Origin: an uncultured Gemmatimonadaceae bacterium
Lineage (GTDB): Bacteria; Gemmatimonadota; Gemmatimonadetes; Gemmatimonadales; Gemmatimonadaceae
Reading direction: 5' to 3'
Assembly: GCA_963740355.1 (NCBI GenBank)
Contig: CAVUDW010000002.1
Coordinates: 2,432,001-2,496,000, forward strand
Length of the DNA: 64,000 nucleotides
Under the pieces are notes generated by a model. The model did no database searches. It was not told the origin of the DNA and saw only the letters and a program-made list of their open reading frames with translations. Position numbers and translations under genes: made by a program. This document shows positions 49,991 to 59,752 of this stretch, one piece after another. Within the stretch, counting starts at the first letter, position 1; each line of letters begins with the position of its first letter.

Positions 49991-51418
49991 GTGCGTCATT
50001 TCTATGTGCTGATGTGTGTCGCCGGGACTGCGCTGCAAGCGCAGGCCCAAGGCACACCCGCGGCGCCTGCCAAGCCCACCATCGCACCGGGTACCGGTGC
50101 GGTGGCTCTGCCGAACGCAGACCCGTTTCCAAGTACGTACCGCGCCCCGGTGTCACGCGCGGTCGTGATCACGAATGCCACGATCCTGACTGCGGCAGGC
50201 CCGCAGATCGATCGCGGCTACATCGTGCTGCGCGACGGCAAGATCGTGTCGGTGGGTGCCGGTGCGGCGCCCAGCACGGCAGATGCGGAAGTGATCGACG
50301 CCAATGGCCGCTACGTCACGCCCGGCCTGATCGACACACACTCGCACCTTGGCGTGTATGCGGCGCCTGGTGGCGAGGCGCTGAGCGATGGCAACGAAGC
50401 AACCGCACCGACGACCGCCCGAGTCTGGGCCGAACACAGTGTCTGGCCGCAGGACCCGCAGTTCCCGCGTGACCTCGCCGGCGGCGTGACCACACTGCAG
50501 ATCCTGCCAGGTTCAGCGAACCTGATCGGCGGACGGAGCGTGGTACTGAAGGTGGTCCCGAGTGTCAGCGCACAGGGCATGAAGTTCCCTGGTGCCAAGT
50601 ACGGGCTGAAGATGGCCTGCGGTGAGAACCCGAAGCGCGTCTACGCGAGCCGTGGTCCGTCAACGCGAATGGGTAACGTCGCTGGATATCGCGCGGCCTG
50701 GATTCAGGCCGAGGCCTACCGCCGTCGCTGGGACAAGTGGCTAGCTGACAAGTCGGGTGATCCACCGCAGCGCGACCTCGAACTCGAGACGCTGGCGGAA
50801 GTGCTGCGCGGCAATATCCTCGTGCACAATCACTGCTACCGTGCCGACGAAATGCTGCAGATGATCGACATCGCGAAGGAGTTCGGTTATCGCATTCGAT
50901 CATTCCACCATGGCGTGGAAGCGTACAAGCTGGCGGATGCAATGGCTCGTGACAGCATTTCCGGGTCACTCTGGAGCGACTGGGGTGGCTTCAAGATGGA
51001 AGCGCTCGATGGGATTCGCGCCAATCTCGCGCTGGTGCACAACGCCGGTGCGCGCGCCATCGTGCACTCCGATGACCCGAGTGGCTCGCAGCGATTGAAT
51101 CAGGACGCGTCCAAGGCGCGCGCGGCAGGAGCGGTGGTCGGCATCAACATCGACGACGCCACGCTCATCAAGTGGATCACCATCAACGCCGCCTGGGCGC
51201 TCGACCTGCACGACCGGATCGGGTCACTCGAGGCAGGAAAGAACGCGGACGTGGTCCTCTGGTCGGGTAATCCGTTCAGCGTCTACACGCGCGCTGACCG
51301 TGTCTTCATCGATGGCGCCACACGCTACGATCGCATGGATCCGAAGCAGCAGTGGCGGACAGACTTCGAGCTCGGCTTCGTGCCTGCGCCATCCACCGTG
51401 ACCGGAGGGCGCCGCTGA
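49991..51418 (+). CDS. Exported amidohydrolase-superfamily protein
   Basis: GGAGG RBS with GTG; PGLIDTHSHLG, KMACGENPK, HCY, HHG, HSD. Confidence 0.92.
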   Translation: MRHFYVLMCVAGTALQAQAQGTPAAPAKPTIAPGTGAVALPNADPFPSTYRAPVSRAVVITNATILTAAGPQIDRGYIVLRDGKIVSVGAGAAPSTADAEVIDANGRYVTPGLIDTHSHLGVYAAPGGEALSDGNEATAPTTARVWAEHSVWPQDPQFPRDLAGGVTTLQILPGSANLIGGRSVVLKVVPSVSAQGMKFPGAKYGLKMACGENPKRVYASRGPSTRMGNVAGYRAAWIQAEAYRRRWDKWLADKSGDPPQRDLELETLAEVLRGNILVHNHCYRADEMLQMIDIAKEFGYRIRSFHHGVEAYKLADAMARDSISGSLWSDWGGFKMEALDGIRANLALVHNAGARAIVHSDDPSGSQRLNQDASKARAAGAVVGINIDDATLIKWITINAAWALDLHDRIGSLEAGKNADVVLWSGNPFSVYTRADRVFIDGATRYDRMDPKQQWRTDFELGFVPAPSTVTGGRR

Positions 51419-52698
51419 TGCGCACCATGCGTACTGCCGCCCTCGCGGCCATGACAGTCGTGCTGGCAACGCGAGGCGTTGCACAGGAAACCGTGGCCAT
51501 CACCGGTGGCACCATCTACCCGGTGAGCGGCCCACGGATGGAGAACGCCACCATCGTCTTCACCAACGGCGTGATCACGGCGATGGGTACCAACGTCGCG
51601 ATTCCCGCCAATGCCCGACGCATCGACGCGGCTGGCAAGTGGATCACGCCGGGTCTGGTATCGCCCGTCACCTCGCTCGGTGTCGTCGAAGTTGGCGCCG
51701 TGCCAGAGACGCGTGACGCAAGCGCGCGCGGGACGAATCGCGTGTCGTCGTCGTTCCGCGTGTGGGATGGATTCAATCCCCGCTCGGTGAGCCTGCCGGT
51801 CGCGCGCCAGGATGGCGGCGTGACCACGATCGGCGTCATGCCGTCGGGTGGCATGGTCGCAGGCCTCGGAGCGGCATTCGACCTGCGCGAAGGCGAGTCC
51901 GCCGAGGGGATGCTGCGTAAGGCGCCGGTGGCCATGGTCGCCACGCTCGACAACGCGGCAGCGGCGGGTGCCGGCTCTCGTGGTGAGGCGCTCGCCAAGA
52001 TGCGCACGCTTCTCCGCGATGCGCGGGAGTTCAACCTCGCACGGGCGCGCTACGATGCGGCCGCCATGCGTGAGCTGAGTGCGGCGCGTGCAGACCTGGA
52101 TGCGATGCAACTGGTGCTGAAGGGCACGATCCCGCTGGTGATCGGTGCCGATCGCGCCAGCGAGATCCTCAACGCGATCGCGCTCGGCAAGGAGTTCGGA
52201 ATCCGGATCGTGATCACAGGCGCAGCCGAGGCGTGGAGCGTCGCACCGCAGTTGGCGGCCGCGAAGGTCGCCGTCATGACGGGCGCCGAGAACAACATCC
52301 CATCGTCGTTCGCTGAGCTTGGTCAGCGCCAGGAAAATCTCGCGCTGTTGCGGGCTGCTGGCGTGACGGTGGCGATCGTGGGAAATGGCGCCGGCGGCGA
52401 GGAAGGCTTCAACGTTCGCAATCTGCGTTATGAGGCTGGCAATGCCGTCGCCTATGGCATGTCCTGGGACGAGGCGCTGCGCGCAATCACGCTCGCGCCA
52501 GCGGAAATCCTTGGTGTGAGCGACAAGGTCGGTTCACTGGCCATCGGCAAGGCCGCCAATGTCGTCATCTGGACGGGTGACCCGTTCGAATACGCCACGC
52601 AGCCGGAACGGGTGTTCGTGGGTGGCAAGGACACGCGGGTCATGACCCGACAGGACCAGCTCACGCAACGTTATCGGCAGTTGCCCGTTAAGTACTGA
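51418..52698 (+). CDS. Exported amidohydrolase-fold protein lacking metal ligands
   Basis: GKWITPGL, ALRAITLAPA.ILG..D..GSL..GK.A.VVIW.GDPF; HxH replaced by VTS. Confidence 0.88.
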   Translation: MRTMRTAALAAMTVVLATRGVAQETVAITGGTIYPVSGPRMENATIVFTNGVITAMGTNVAIPANARRIDAAGKWITPGLVSPVTSLGVVEVGAVPETRDASARGTNRVSSSFRVWDGFNPRSVSLPVARQDGGVTTIGVMPSGGMVAGLGAAFDLREGESAEGMLRKAPVAMVATLDNAAAAGAGSRGEALAKMRTLLRDAREFNLARARYDAAAMRELSAARADLDAMQLVLKGTIPLVIGADRASEILNAIALGKEFGIRIVITGAAEAWSVAPQLAAAKVAVMTGAENNIPSSFAELGQRQENLALLRAAGVTVAIVGNGAGGEEGFNVRNLRYEAGNAVAYGMSWDEALRAITLAPAEILGVSDKVGSLAIGKAANVVIWTGDPFEYATQPERVFVGGKDTRVMTRQDQLTQRYRQLPVKY

Positions 52699-52769
52699 GA
52701 ATCTGCAGTGTGAGTGTACAAGGGGTCGGCGAAGGTGCCGGCCCTTTGTCGTTCACGGCAATCAGCGGG

Positions 52770-54929
52770 TCAGCGCGCTACGCCAAGATCGAGGCCCACA
52801 TACCAGTTGCGCAGCGGTGACGGCTCGAGCACGCGTCCGAACGCGCCGTTGACGGTGACTGCACCGACATACGCGGTGTTGCGAGCGTTGAGCAGTCCGG
52901 CGAACGGCTCGACGCGATAACCGTTCCACGAGCCGGTCCACGCGGCGCGAACATTGGTCACGCCGGTACCCCAGCCTGGTACGCGGATGGTGTTGAAGTC
53001 ATCAGCGAAGAGGGCGCTAGTCCACGTCTGGTCGGCGTCAATCGTGATCCGCTTGAACGAGGCAGAACGAAAGCCGACGCGCAACTGCTGCGGTGGGACA
53101 CCGGGCAACTGCTTTCCGTCCAGCGTGTCCACGCGCGTGCCATTCTTCTGCCGGTAGTCGGCAAATTTCAGGTCGGACCAGGTGTAGGCGACGTTGAGTG
53201 ATGCGAGCGAGGCGACACGCACACTGCCGCCCGCCTCGATGCCGATGTTCTTCGTTCGACCGGCATTCTCGAAGTAGGCAGTGCCGTCCACCACACGTGA
53301 CTGCACGATGGCATTGCGAACGTTGGCGCGATACGCCGCCACGTTCCAGCTCGCGAGCGTGGACGCCGCGCCGCGCGCACCGATCTCCATGCTCACGGTG
53401 CGCTGCGGACCGAGGTCCGGGTTGAACCCACCCACACGATCCGGTCGCGCTTGCAGTTCGGTGGTGGTCGGCGTCTCGAAGCTGGTGGAGATGTTCGCGT
53501 ACGGGGCAAAGGCGCTCCAGCCTGTGACGGTGATGCCGGTGTGCCCGCTGGCCGCTGACAGCGTACGCCGACCGCTGTTGTCGCCACCGTTCACGCCACC
53601 ATCACCAGTGAAGCGATCGCTCACGGAAAATCCGATGCGATCGTACCGGCCACCGGCGCTGAGTAATACCCGTTGTGTTGGTGCCCATTGTGCCTGGATG
53701 TATGGTGCCAGGCTCCGGACCGTCTCGTACTGGTTGAGGATGATCGTATCGGTCACGGCGGTTGGCCGCCCACCAGTGGCGCGCTGGTTCATCCGCAGGT
53801 CGCGCATCTGCTGCAGGTCGAGCCCTGCTGATACACTCGGTGACGATGCCGCATCGCCGAGATTGCGCCGCGCGCTGAGGCGCGTTCCAGCGAACTGGCG
53901 ATCGAGTGTCGAGTAAATCCCCGTCAGCGCCGTGACCGTCCCTGGTGGCGCGGTGGACAGTGCGTTGCGGACTACGCGGGTGCTGAGCCATGTCGTGGCG
54001 ACGTATTCGGTGCGCTGCGACGCTGACCCGTGATGGTACGACGCGCTCAGCTGATCTTGCTTCACGCGTCGATCGGCGCCGCGTCGCACGTTCGCTGCGC
54101 TGGCTGAATCCCGGTTGATGGCGTATTCCGCAAAGGTCAGCGCGCCGGGATTGACGGCGTTCGGCACTTCGGCCACCTGCGCACGCAACTCGAGTCGGCT
54201 ATCGGCGCCGAGCGAGTAGTCGAGGGCCGCGTTGAGCTGCCGCGTCTGCGCCCCGCTGTACTGTCGAAAGCCATCGTACGACGTGCGGGTAAGGGACAAC
54301 GAGCCGATCGCATTTCCCGCGCGACCAACTGTGCGCAACTGGACTTTCCGTTCGCCGAACGATCCGGCCAGCAGGCGCACGCTCTGGGCGAAGGGCGTCG
54401 GCGCGCGAAGGTCGTTGGAGAACGACAGCACGCCTGCAGAGCCATTGCCGTACAGCGACGCCGTGCTCCCGCGCAGCACCTCGATACGATCGATGTTGCC
54501 GAGCTCCACATTCGTGAGCTGCGACTGCCCATCGGGCAGCGTCTGCGGCACACCGTCGAGGAAGACCTTCACGCCGCGCAGGCCGAAGTTTGCGCGAGCC
54601 CCTGCACCGCGAACCGAGATGCGTGAGTCAGTGGCGAAGTTGTAGCGGCTCGCCACGAAGACGCCTGGTATCGATCCGAGCGCCTCATCGAGGTTCACGG
54701 TGGGCTGTGCGCGACGCAGTTCTCGCACGCCGACGACACCCACCGCCCACGGTACCTTCTCGAGCGATCGTTGGTCGGCCATCACCCGAACGGTGACGGT
54801 GGTCAGCGGCTGGATGCGTGTTGAGTCGACGCGCGCTGAGTCACGACCCGATTGCCGTTGCGCGGTGGCGCTGACCGGTACGAGCAGCAATGCGGCGATG
54901 ACCTGAACGATGTGGCGAGAGCGATTCAC
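52770..54929 (-). CDS. TonB-dependent receptor, YncD/PqqU-like
   Basis: ISVRGAGARANFGLRGVKVFLDGVPQTLPDGQSQ, EVLRG..ASLYGN, SFETPT..EL, YVGAV.VN..GR..EPSP.RN; start inferred. Confidence 0.88.
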   Translation of the reverse strand: MNRSRHIVQVIAALLLVPVSATAQRQSGRDSARVDSTRIQPLTTVTVRVMADQRSLEKVPWAVGVVGVRELRRAQPTVNLDEALGSIPGVFVASRYNFATDSRISVRGAGARANFGLRGVKVFLDGVPQTLPDGQSQLTNVELGNIDRIEVLRGSTASLYGNGSAGVLSFSNDLRAPTPFAQSVRLLAGSFGERKVQLRTVGRAGNAIGSLSLTRTSYDGFRQYSGAQTRQLNAALDYSLGADSRLELRAQVAEVPNAVNPGALTFAEYAINRDSASAANVRRGADRRVKQDQLSASYHHGSASQRTEYVATTWLSTRVVRNALSTAPPGTVTALTGIYSTLDRQFAGTRLSARRNLGDAASSPSVSAGLDLQQMRDLRMNQRATGGRPTAVTDTIILNQYETVRSLAPYIQAQWAPTQRVLLSAGGRYDRIGFSVSDRFTGDGGVNGGDNSGRRTLSAASGHTGITVTGWSAFAPYANISTSFETPTTTELQARPDRVGGFNPDLGPQRTVSMEIGARGAASTLASWNVAAYRANVRNAIVQSRVVDGTAYFENAGRTKNIGIEAGGSVRVASLASLNVAYTWSDLKFADYRQKNGTRVDTLDGKQLPGVPPQQLRVGFRSASFKRITIDADQTWTSALFADDFNTIRVPGWGTGVTNVRAAWTGSWNGYRVEPFAGLLNARNTAYVGAVTVNGAFGRVLEPSPLRNWYVGLDLGVAR

Positions 54930-55009
54930 GACAACGGGAGCGCGGGAATTGATGGCAGGTGCGGAGGTGACATCCCAGCACGCGCGCGAGGCGGAAGATT
55001 CCGAAGAAT

Positions 55010-56639
55010 TCAACGCGGCGTGGCGGAAATTGTTGCGACCATCGCCGGGCGTACCCGATGATGGCTCGCCTGCTCGAAGGCGTACCCTGCCCTGAAGAGC
55101 TGCGGTTCACTCCAGGCGGCTCCAAAAAACGAGATGCCCACGGGTAGCCCGTTCACGCGACCGGCTGGCACGGTGAGGTGCGGATAGCCGGCGACGGCGG
55201 GCGCCGATGAGACGCCACCGCCAAAGTGGTCGCCGTTGACGAGGTCGATTGTCCACGCCGGACCACCAGTGGGGCCGATCAACACGTCACAGCGCGTGCG
55301 GCGCAGCACCGCATCGATGCCCTCGCGACGCGACAGGCGGACACACTTCTCCCGGGCGCGACGATAGGCCGGACTGCTCAACGGACCGCGCTTCTGCGCC
55401 TGCGTGAAGAGTTCCTGGCCAAACCACTGCAACTCGCGTTCGTGATTCTTCTCGTTCCAGAGGATCAGTTCCGCCAGCGAATGCACAGGGATCGAGGCCG
55501 GAAGCTGCGACAGGTACGCATTCAGCCCGGCCTTGAATTCGTAGGACAGTACTTCCCCCTCCTCGGCGCCGTATTTGTCGGCGTTGGGGACGCTGGCGTT
55601 GTCGATGATGACCGCACCGCGCTCGCGCATCAGCCGGATCGCATCTTCCATCAGCGCGTCGACACGCGAGTCGAAGCCGAAGTAGTTGCGCGCGATCCCG
55701 ACACGCATCCCCTTAAGACCATCGACGTCGAGCGTACGCGTGTAGTCGGTGGTCACGCCAGCCGGCATGGCGCGCATCGCGCTGTCCGAGCTGTCGCGCC
55801 CGATCATGCCATTGAGCAGCAGCGCCGCATCGCGCACGGTGCGCGTCATTGGGCCCGCGGTGTCCTGGCTGGCAGAGATCGGAATGATGCCGGTACGACT
55901 CACCAGGCCGACCGTGGGCTTCAAGCCAACGATGCCATTGAGTGAGGAGGGACAGATCACGGAACCGTCGGTCTCCGTGCCGATCGCCGCAATGCAGAAG
56001 TCGGCGGCAACGGCAGCGCCACTTCCCGAACTGGAGCCACACGGCGAACGATCGAGTGCGTGTGGATTCTTCGTCTGTCCGCCGCGGCCACTCCATCCAC
56101 TACTCGACCGATTGCCGCGGTAGTTGGCCCACTCACTGAGATTCGTCTTGCCGAGGATCACAGCGCCGGCCGTTCGCACGCGTTGTGCGACACCTGCATC
56201 ACGACGCGCGCGATGGTCCGCCAAGGCAAGTGAGCCAGCACTGGTGCTCATGCGATCACCGGTGTCGATGTTGTCCTTGAGCAGGATTGGCATGCCGTGC
56301 AACGGGCCGAAGGTGCTGGCCGGTGGCACGCTCCGCATCTGCGGCATCGGCCAGCGCCAGCGCGTCAGGATTGATCTCGATCACGCTGTTCACGCGAGGC
56401 CCATCGGCGTCGAGTGTGCGGATGCGCATCAGGTAGTGCTCGGCGAGGGCGCGGTAGGTCAGTCGTCCGGCGGCGACTTCAGCTTGTGCGCTCGCAATGC
56501 CCAGGTCGTCGAGCGCGCCAGCGAGGTGCAGGTCGACGTTCGCCGACTGTGGTGCGCGCGTTACGAGTGCGTCCAGCCGTCGCAGCGGGAGGGATGCAGA
56601 GAGTGCGACTCCAGCGGCAAGGAAATCCCGGCGTTCCAT
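55010..56639 (-). CDS. Amidase-signature enzyme with Tat signal, frameshifted near 56310 in this sequence
   Basis: MERRDFL Tat motif in one frame; GPLHGMPILLKDNI, GKTNLSEW, GSSSGSG and GTETDGS in another; span 1630 nt = 3n+1. Confidence 0.9.
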
Positions 56640-56754
56640 GCGATGCATCCCGTGTCGAGAGTTGTGCGTCGAGGCGGCGTACGGGGTGATTCTGCGCGGT
56701 TGAGCACGGTGGCGCCAGTACCGGGTGAAATGCGCAGTGCTGGCGATCGAACGG

Positions 56755-56788
56755 GAAAAGCAAAACGCCCCCGCACTGCGGAGGCGTT
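56755..56788 (-). terminator. Intrinsic terminator after rpmA
   Basis: aacgcc-c-ccgca / tgcgg-a-ggcgtt stem followed by TTGCTTTTC on the minus strand. Confidence 0.75.
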
Positions 56789-56807
56789 CGACATCACAAC
56801 GAGGAAT

Positions 56808-57092
56808 TCAGTCTGCGGCGACCGCGACGGCTTCGACGTTCAGCGGCTTGACGCTGACCTTGATGCGGCGCTTGTCCTTCGGGGAGAACTCGACGACGCC
56901 ATCGACCAACGAGAAGATCGTGTAGTCGCGGCCGAGGCCAACGTTCGTGCCCGGGTGCACCTTGGTGCCACACTGGCGGATGATGATGCCGCCGGCGCGC
57001 ACGAATTCGCCGCCGTACTTCTTGACGCCACGGTACTGCGGATTCGAATCGCGACCGTTGCGGGATGAGCCTACGCCTTTCTTATGTGCCAT
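56808..57092 (-). CDS. rpmA: 50S ribosomal protein L27
   Basis: [16 protein letters not shown]. Confidence 0.99.
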   Translation of the reverse strand: MAHKKGVGSSRNGRDSNPQYRGVKKYGGEFVRAGGIIIRQCGTKVHPGTNVGLGRDYTIFSLVDGVVEFSPKDKRRIKVSVKPLNVEAVAVAAD

Positions 57093-57099
57093 TTGAGTC

Positions 57100-57417
57100 T
57101 CAGCCCAGCTTGATGTCGGTGATACGGACTTCAGTGAAGCCCTGACGATGGCCCTGCTTTCTGGCGTAGTTCTTCCGGCGGCGGAACTTGAAGACGACGA
57201 TCTTCTCGCCGCGGCCGTGCTTCACGATCTCGGCCGACACCTTGGCGCCAGCGAGCGTGGGCACGCCCGTGCTCACCGACTTGCCGTCGGATGCGAGCAG
57301 GACTTCGTTGAATTCCACGGCACCGCCCGCATCGCCAAGGAGCGAGGGAATCCGATAGGTCTGGCCAGCACTGACGCGGAACTGCTTCCCGCCGGTGCGA
57401 ATGATCGCGTAGCTCAT
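57100..57417 (-). CDS. rplU: 50S ribosomal protein L21
   Basis: [14 protein letters not shown]. Confidence 0.99.
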   Translation of the reverse strand: MSYAIIRTGGKQFRVSAGQTYRIPSLLGDAGGAVEFNEVLLASDGKSVSTGVPTLAGAKVSAEIVKHGRGEKIVVFKFRRRKNYARKQGHRQGFTEVRITDIKLG

Positions 57418-57450
57418 AGGTGTACGACGTGTAAGGGTAATGAGCCCACG

Positions 57451-57479
57451 AAGTTAGCCGTCCCGGACTGGGGTGTCAA
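57451..57479 (-). promoter_or_regulatory. sigma70-type promoter of rplU-rpmA
   Basis: Minus strand TTGACA-17 nt-TAACTT. Confidence 0.75.
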
Positions 57480-57590
57480 CGGCTGCGTGGTGCCGGGGCC
57501 GGCAGAATTGCTTCCACGCGACCCCTCAATGTATCCGAAACCGGGCCGAAAGTCGCCCGAAACTCAGTCCGCGATCCCTCTGCAATCCTC

Positions 57591-57804
57591 GAACAAGATC
57601 TCTGACCCCTTGATCGGGCGCTACGATCAAGATCTCTGACCCCTTGATCAGGCGCTAAGTCTTTGCCCGCCAATATCTTACACCGCGAAATCCCCGAACA
57701 AGATCTCTGACCCCTTGATCGGGCGCTAAGTCTTTGCCCGCCAATATCTTACGCCGCGAAATCATCGAACAAGATCTCTGACCCCTTGATCCGCCTTGAT
57801 CCGC
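57591..57804. repeat. Composite intergenic tandem repeat: four identical 22-mers within ~71-bp units
   Basis: CAAGATCTCTGACCCCTTGATC at 57594, 57628, 57699 and 57770; 57628-57698 and 57699-57769 are near-identical 71-bp units. Confidence 0.95.
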
Positions 57805-57806
57805 GC

Positions 57807-59402
57807 TCAGGCGAGGGCGTACTGCGCCGTCACGTCCCGCTGCGCGCCCTTCACGACCAGCTTGTACTCGTCAGGCCGGAGCAGGGGGTCGTCGCGCAGT
57901 TCCAGCGGGAACGACACGATCTTCTCGAGCCGCGCGAGGATATCCGGCTCCTGCTCCAGGACGTACATCGCCACATCCGGGTGCAGCTTGACCACCATCG
58001 GGTCACGGCGCCCCTCGACGCCGATCCGCTTCACCGACCGTTCGACCCGCCGCACGATCGTCTCCGGCGTGAAGATGCGCCCGGTGCCGTTGCAGGTCGG
58101 GCATGGCTCCGTGGTCGCCTGGAGATGGCTGGCCCGGACCCGCTGCCGCGTCATCTCGATCAGGCCCAGCTCGCTCACCTGGAACGCCTTCGTCCGCGCC
58201 CGGTCGCGACCGAGGTGCGTGCGTAGTTCCTGCAGCACCCGGTCGCGGTTGGCTCGCGTCTCCATGTCGATGAAGTCGCAGACGATGATGCCGCCCACGT
58301 CACGAAGACGAAGCTGACGCGCCACTTCGCGCGCCGCTTCCATGTTCGTCTTCATGATCGTCTTCTCGGGATCCTTCTTGCCGGTATACCGGCCCGAGTT
58401 GATGTCGATCGACACGAGCGCCTCGGTCGGCTCGATGATCAGGTACCCACCTGACGGCAAGTCGCACCGGCGCTTGAAGATGTCGCGGATCTCCGCCTCG
58501 ACTTCGTGCTTGTCGAAGAGCGGCTGCGTTTCCTCGTAGAGCTGCACGCGATCGACCAGCTCAGGGCCGACGCCCTTGAGGTACTCCACGATCTCGTTGT
58601 ACAGCTGCCGACTGTCGACCACCAGCTTGTCGACCTTGGCACTGAACAGGTCGCGAATGATGCCGCGGGCGAGGTTGGTCTCGCGGTGCACCAGCGCCGG
58701 CGCGCGCATGAACTGCCGCTTCCGGTTGATCCGCTTCCAGTTGTTGATCAGGCCCGTCAACTCGCGCTCGAACGTCTCCGCGGTGACGTCCTCGCCGACC
58801 GTGCGCACGATGACGCCACCGGCATCCTTCGGCAGGAAGGCATTCACCTGCTCCTTGAGCCGCTGACGCTCGGCGCGCTCGCCGATCTTGCGGCTGACAC
58901 CAACCCGCGATGCGAACGGCATGTACACGAGGAACCGGCCGGCCATCGAGACCTGCGCGGTCACGCGCGGGCCCTTGGTCGAGATCGGCTCCTTGCTCAC
59001 CTGCACCAGGATCGTGTCACCGCGCTTCAGGACATCCTGAATCTGCGGCGCTTCCTTCTTTGGCGGGCGTCCGGAGGTCGGCGTGTCGCTGCCGCGCGAG
59101 GCCGCATCCTGCGCAGCTTCGGCCGCGTCCTCGCCGTCGTTTTCATCGTCGTCATCGTCATCGTCGTCATCCGTCTCGTACACGAGATCGGAGGCGTGCA
59201 GGAAGGCACTCTTTTCCGTGCCGATGTCGACGAACGCAGCCTGCAACCCTGGCTGGACCGCTTCCACGCGACCGAGGTAGATGTCGCCGACCATGCGGCG
59301 TGCCTCGGGACGCTCGACCAGCAGTTCAACCAGCTGGTCGTCTTCAATGATGGCCACGCGCACTTCACGTGCGGCGGCATTGATCAGGATGTCACGCTTC
59401 AT
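57807..59402 (-). CDS. rng: Rne/Rng family ribonuclease (catalytic domain only)
   Basis: GDIYLGRV, AAFVDIG, KEPISTKGPR, IDINSG, RLRDVGGIIVCDFIDM, CPTC Zn-link. Confidence 0.95.
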   Translation of the reverse strand: MKRDILINAAAREVRVAIIEDDQLVELLVERPEARRMVGDIYLGRVEAVQPGLQAAFVDIGTEKSAFLHASDLVYETDDDDDDDDDENDGEDAAEAAQDAASRGSDTPTSGRPPKKEAPQIQDVLKRGDTILVQVSKEPISTKGPRVTAQVSMAGRFLVYMPFASRVGVSRKIGERAERQRLKEQVNAFLPKDAGGVIVRTVGEDVTAETFERELTGLINNWKRINRKRQFMRAPALVHRETNLARGIIRDLFSAKVDKLVVDSRQLYNEIVEYLKGVGPELVDRVQLYEETQPLFDKHEVEAEIRDIFKRRCDLPSGGYLIIEPTEALVSIDINSGRYTGKKDPEKTIMKTNMEAAREVARQLRLRDVGGIIVCDFIDMETRANRDRVLQELRTHLGRDRARTKAFQVSELGLIEMTRQRVRASHLQATTEPCPTCNGTGRIFTPETIVRRVERSVKRIGVEGRRDPMVVKLHPDVAMYVLEQEPDILARLEKIVSFPLELRDDPLLRPDEYKLVVKGAQRDVTAQYALA

Positions 59403-59752
59403 GCACGCCTCGCGGCACCGCGTGAGGCGACCCTTGCACACGCAGCCCGTGGGCTGACCAACGTGAAAGTTGACCGACACGCGGACGCGCGCCGGCCACC
59501 AGCGGATGCCGCACTACGCGCCTCACCCGGTCGAATCAGCGTTGCCCGCCCGCAAGACTTTGCGGCTCCGCGTGCGCGACTGCGACCGGTGGCCATCAGC
59601 TGATGGCCGGTGAAACGAGTACGGCCTGATTCACCCAACGCCGCAATTCCAGCGCCGACTGCAAATCAGGGGCAAACACACCATTGCGGGGGTCGCTCCG
59701 CAACAGCGATCGGGCGCAGCGCACTCAGGCGCGCCGCACAGCAACGGGAAGG

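Noticed and set aside
57591..57804. Repeat array as a CRISPR
   Set aside because: The intervening sequences are near-identical to each other or only 12 nt long, and no cas genes are present
59598..59625. Hammerhead-like CTGATG...GAAAC
   Set aside because: The core reads CTGATGG rather than CTGANGA, and stem II cannot form
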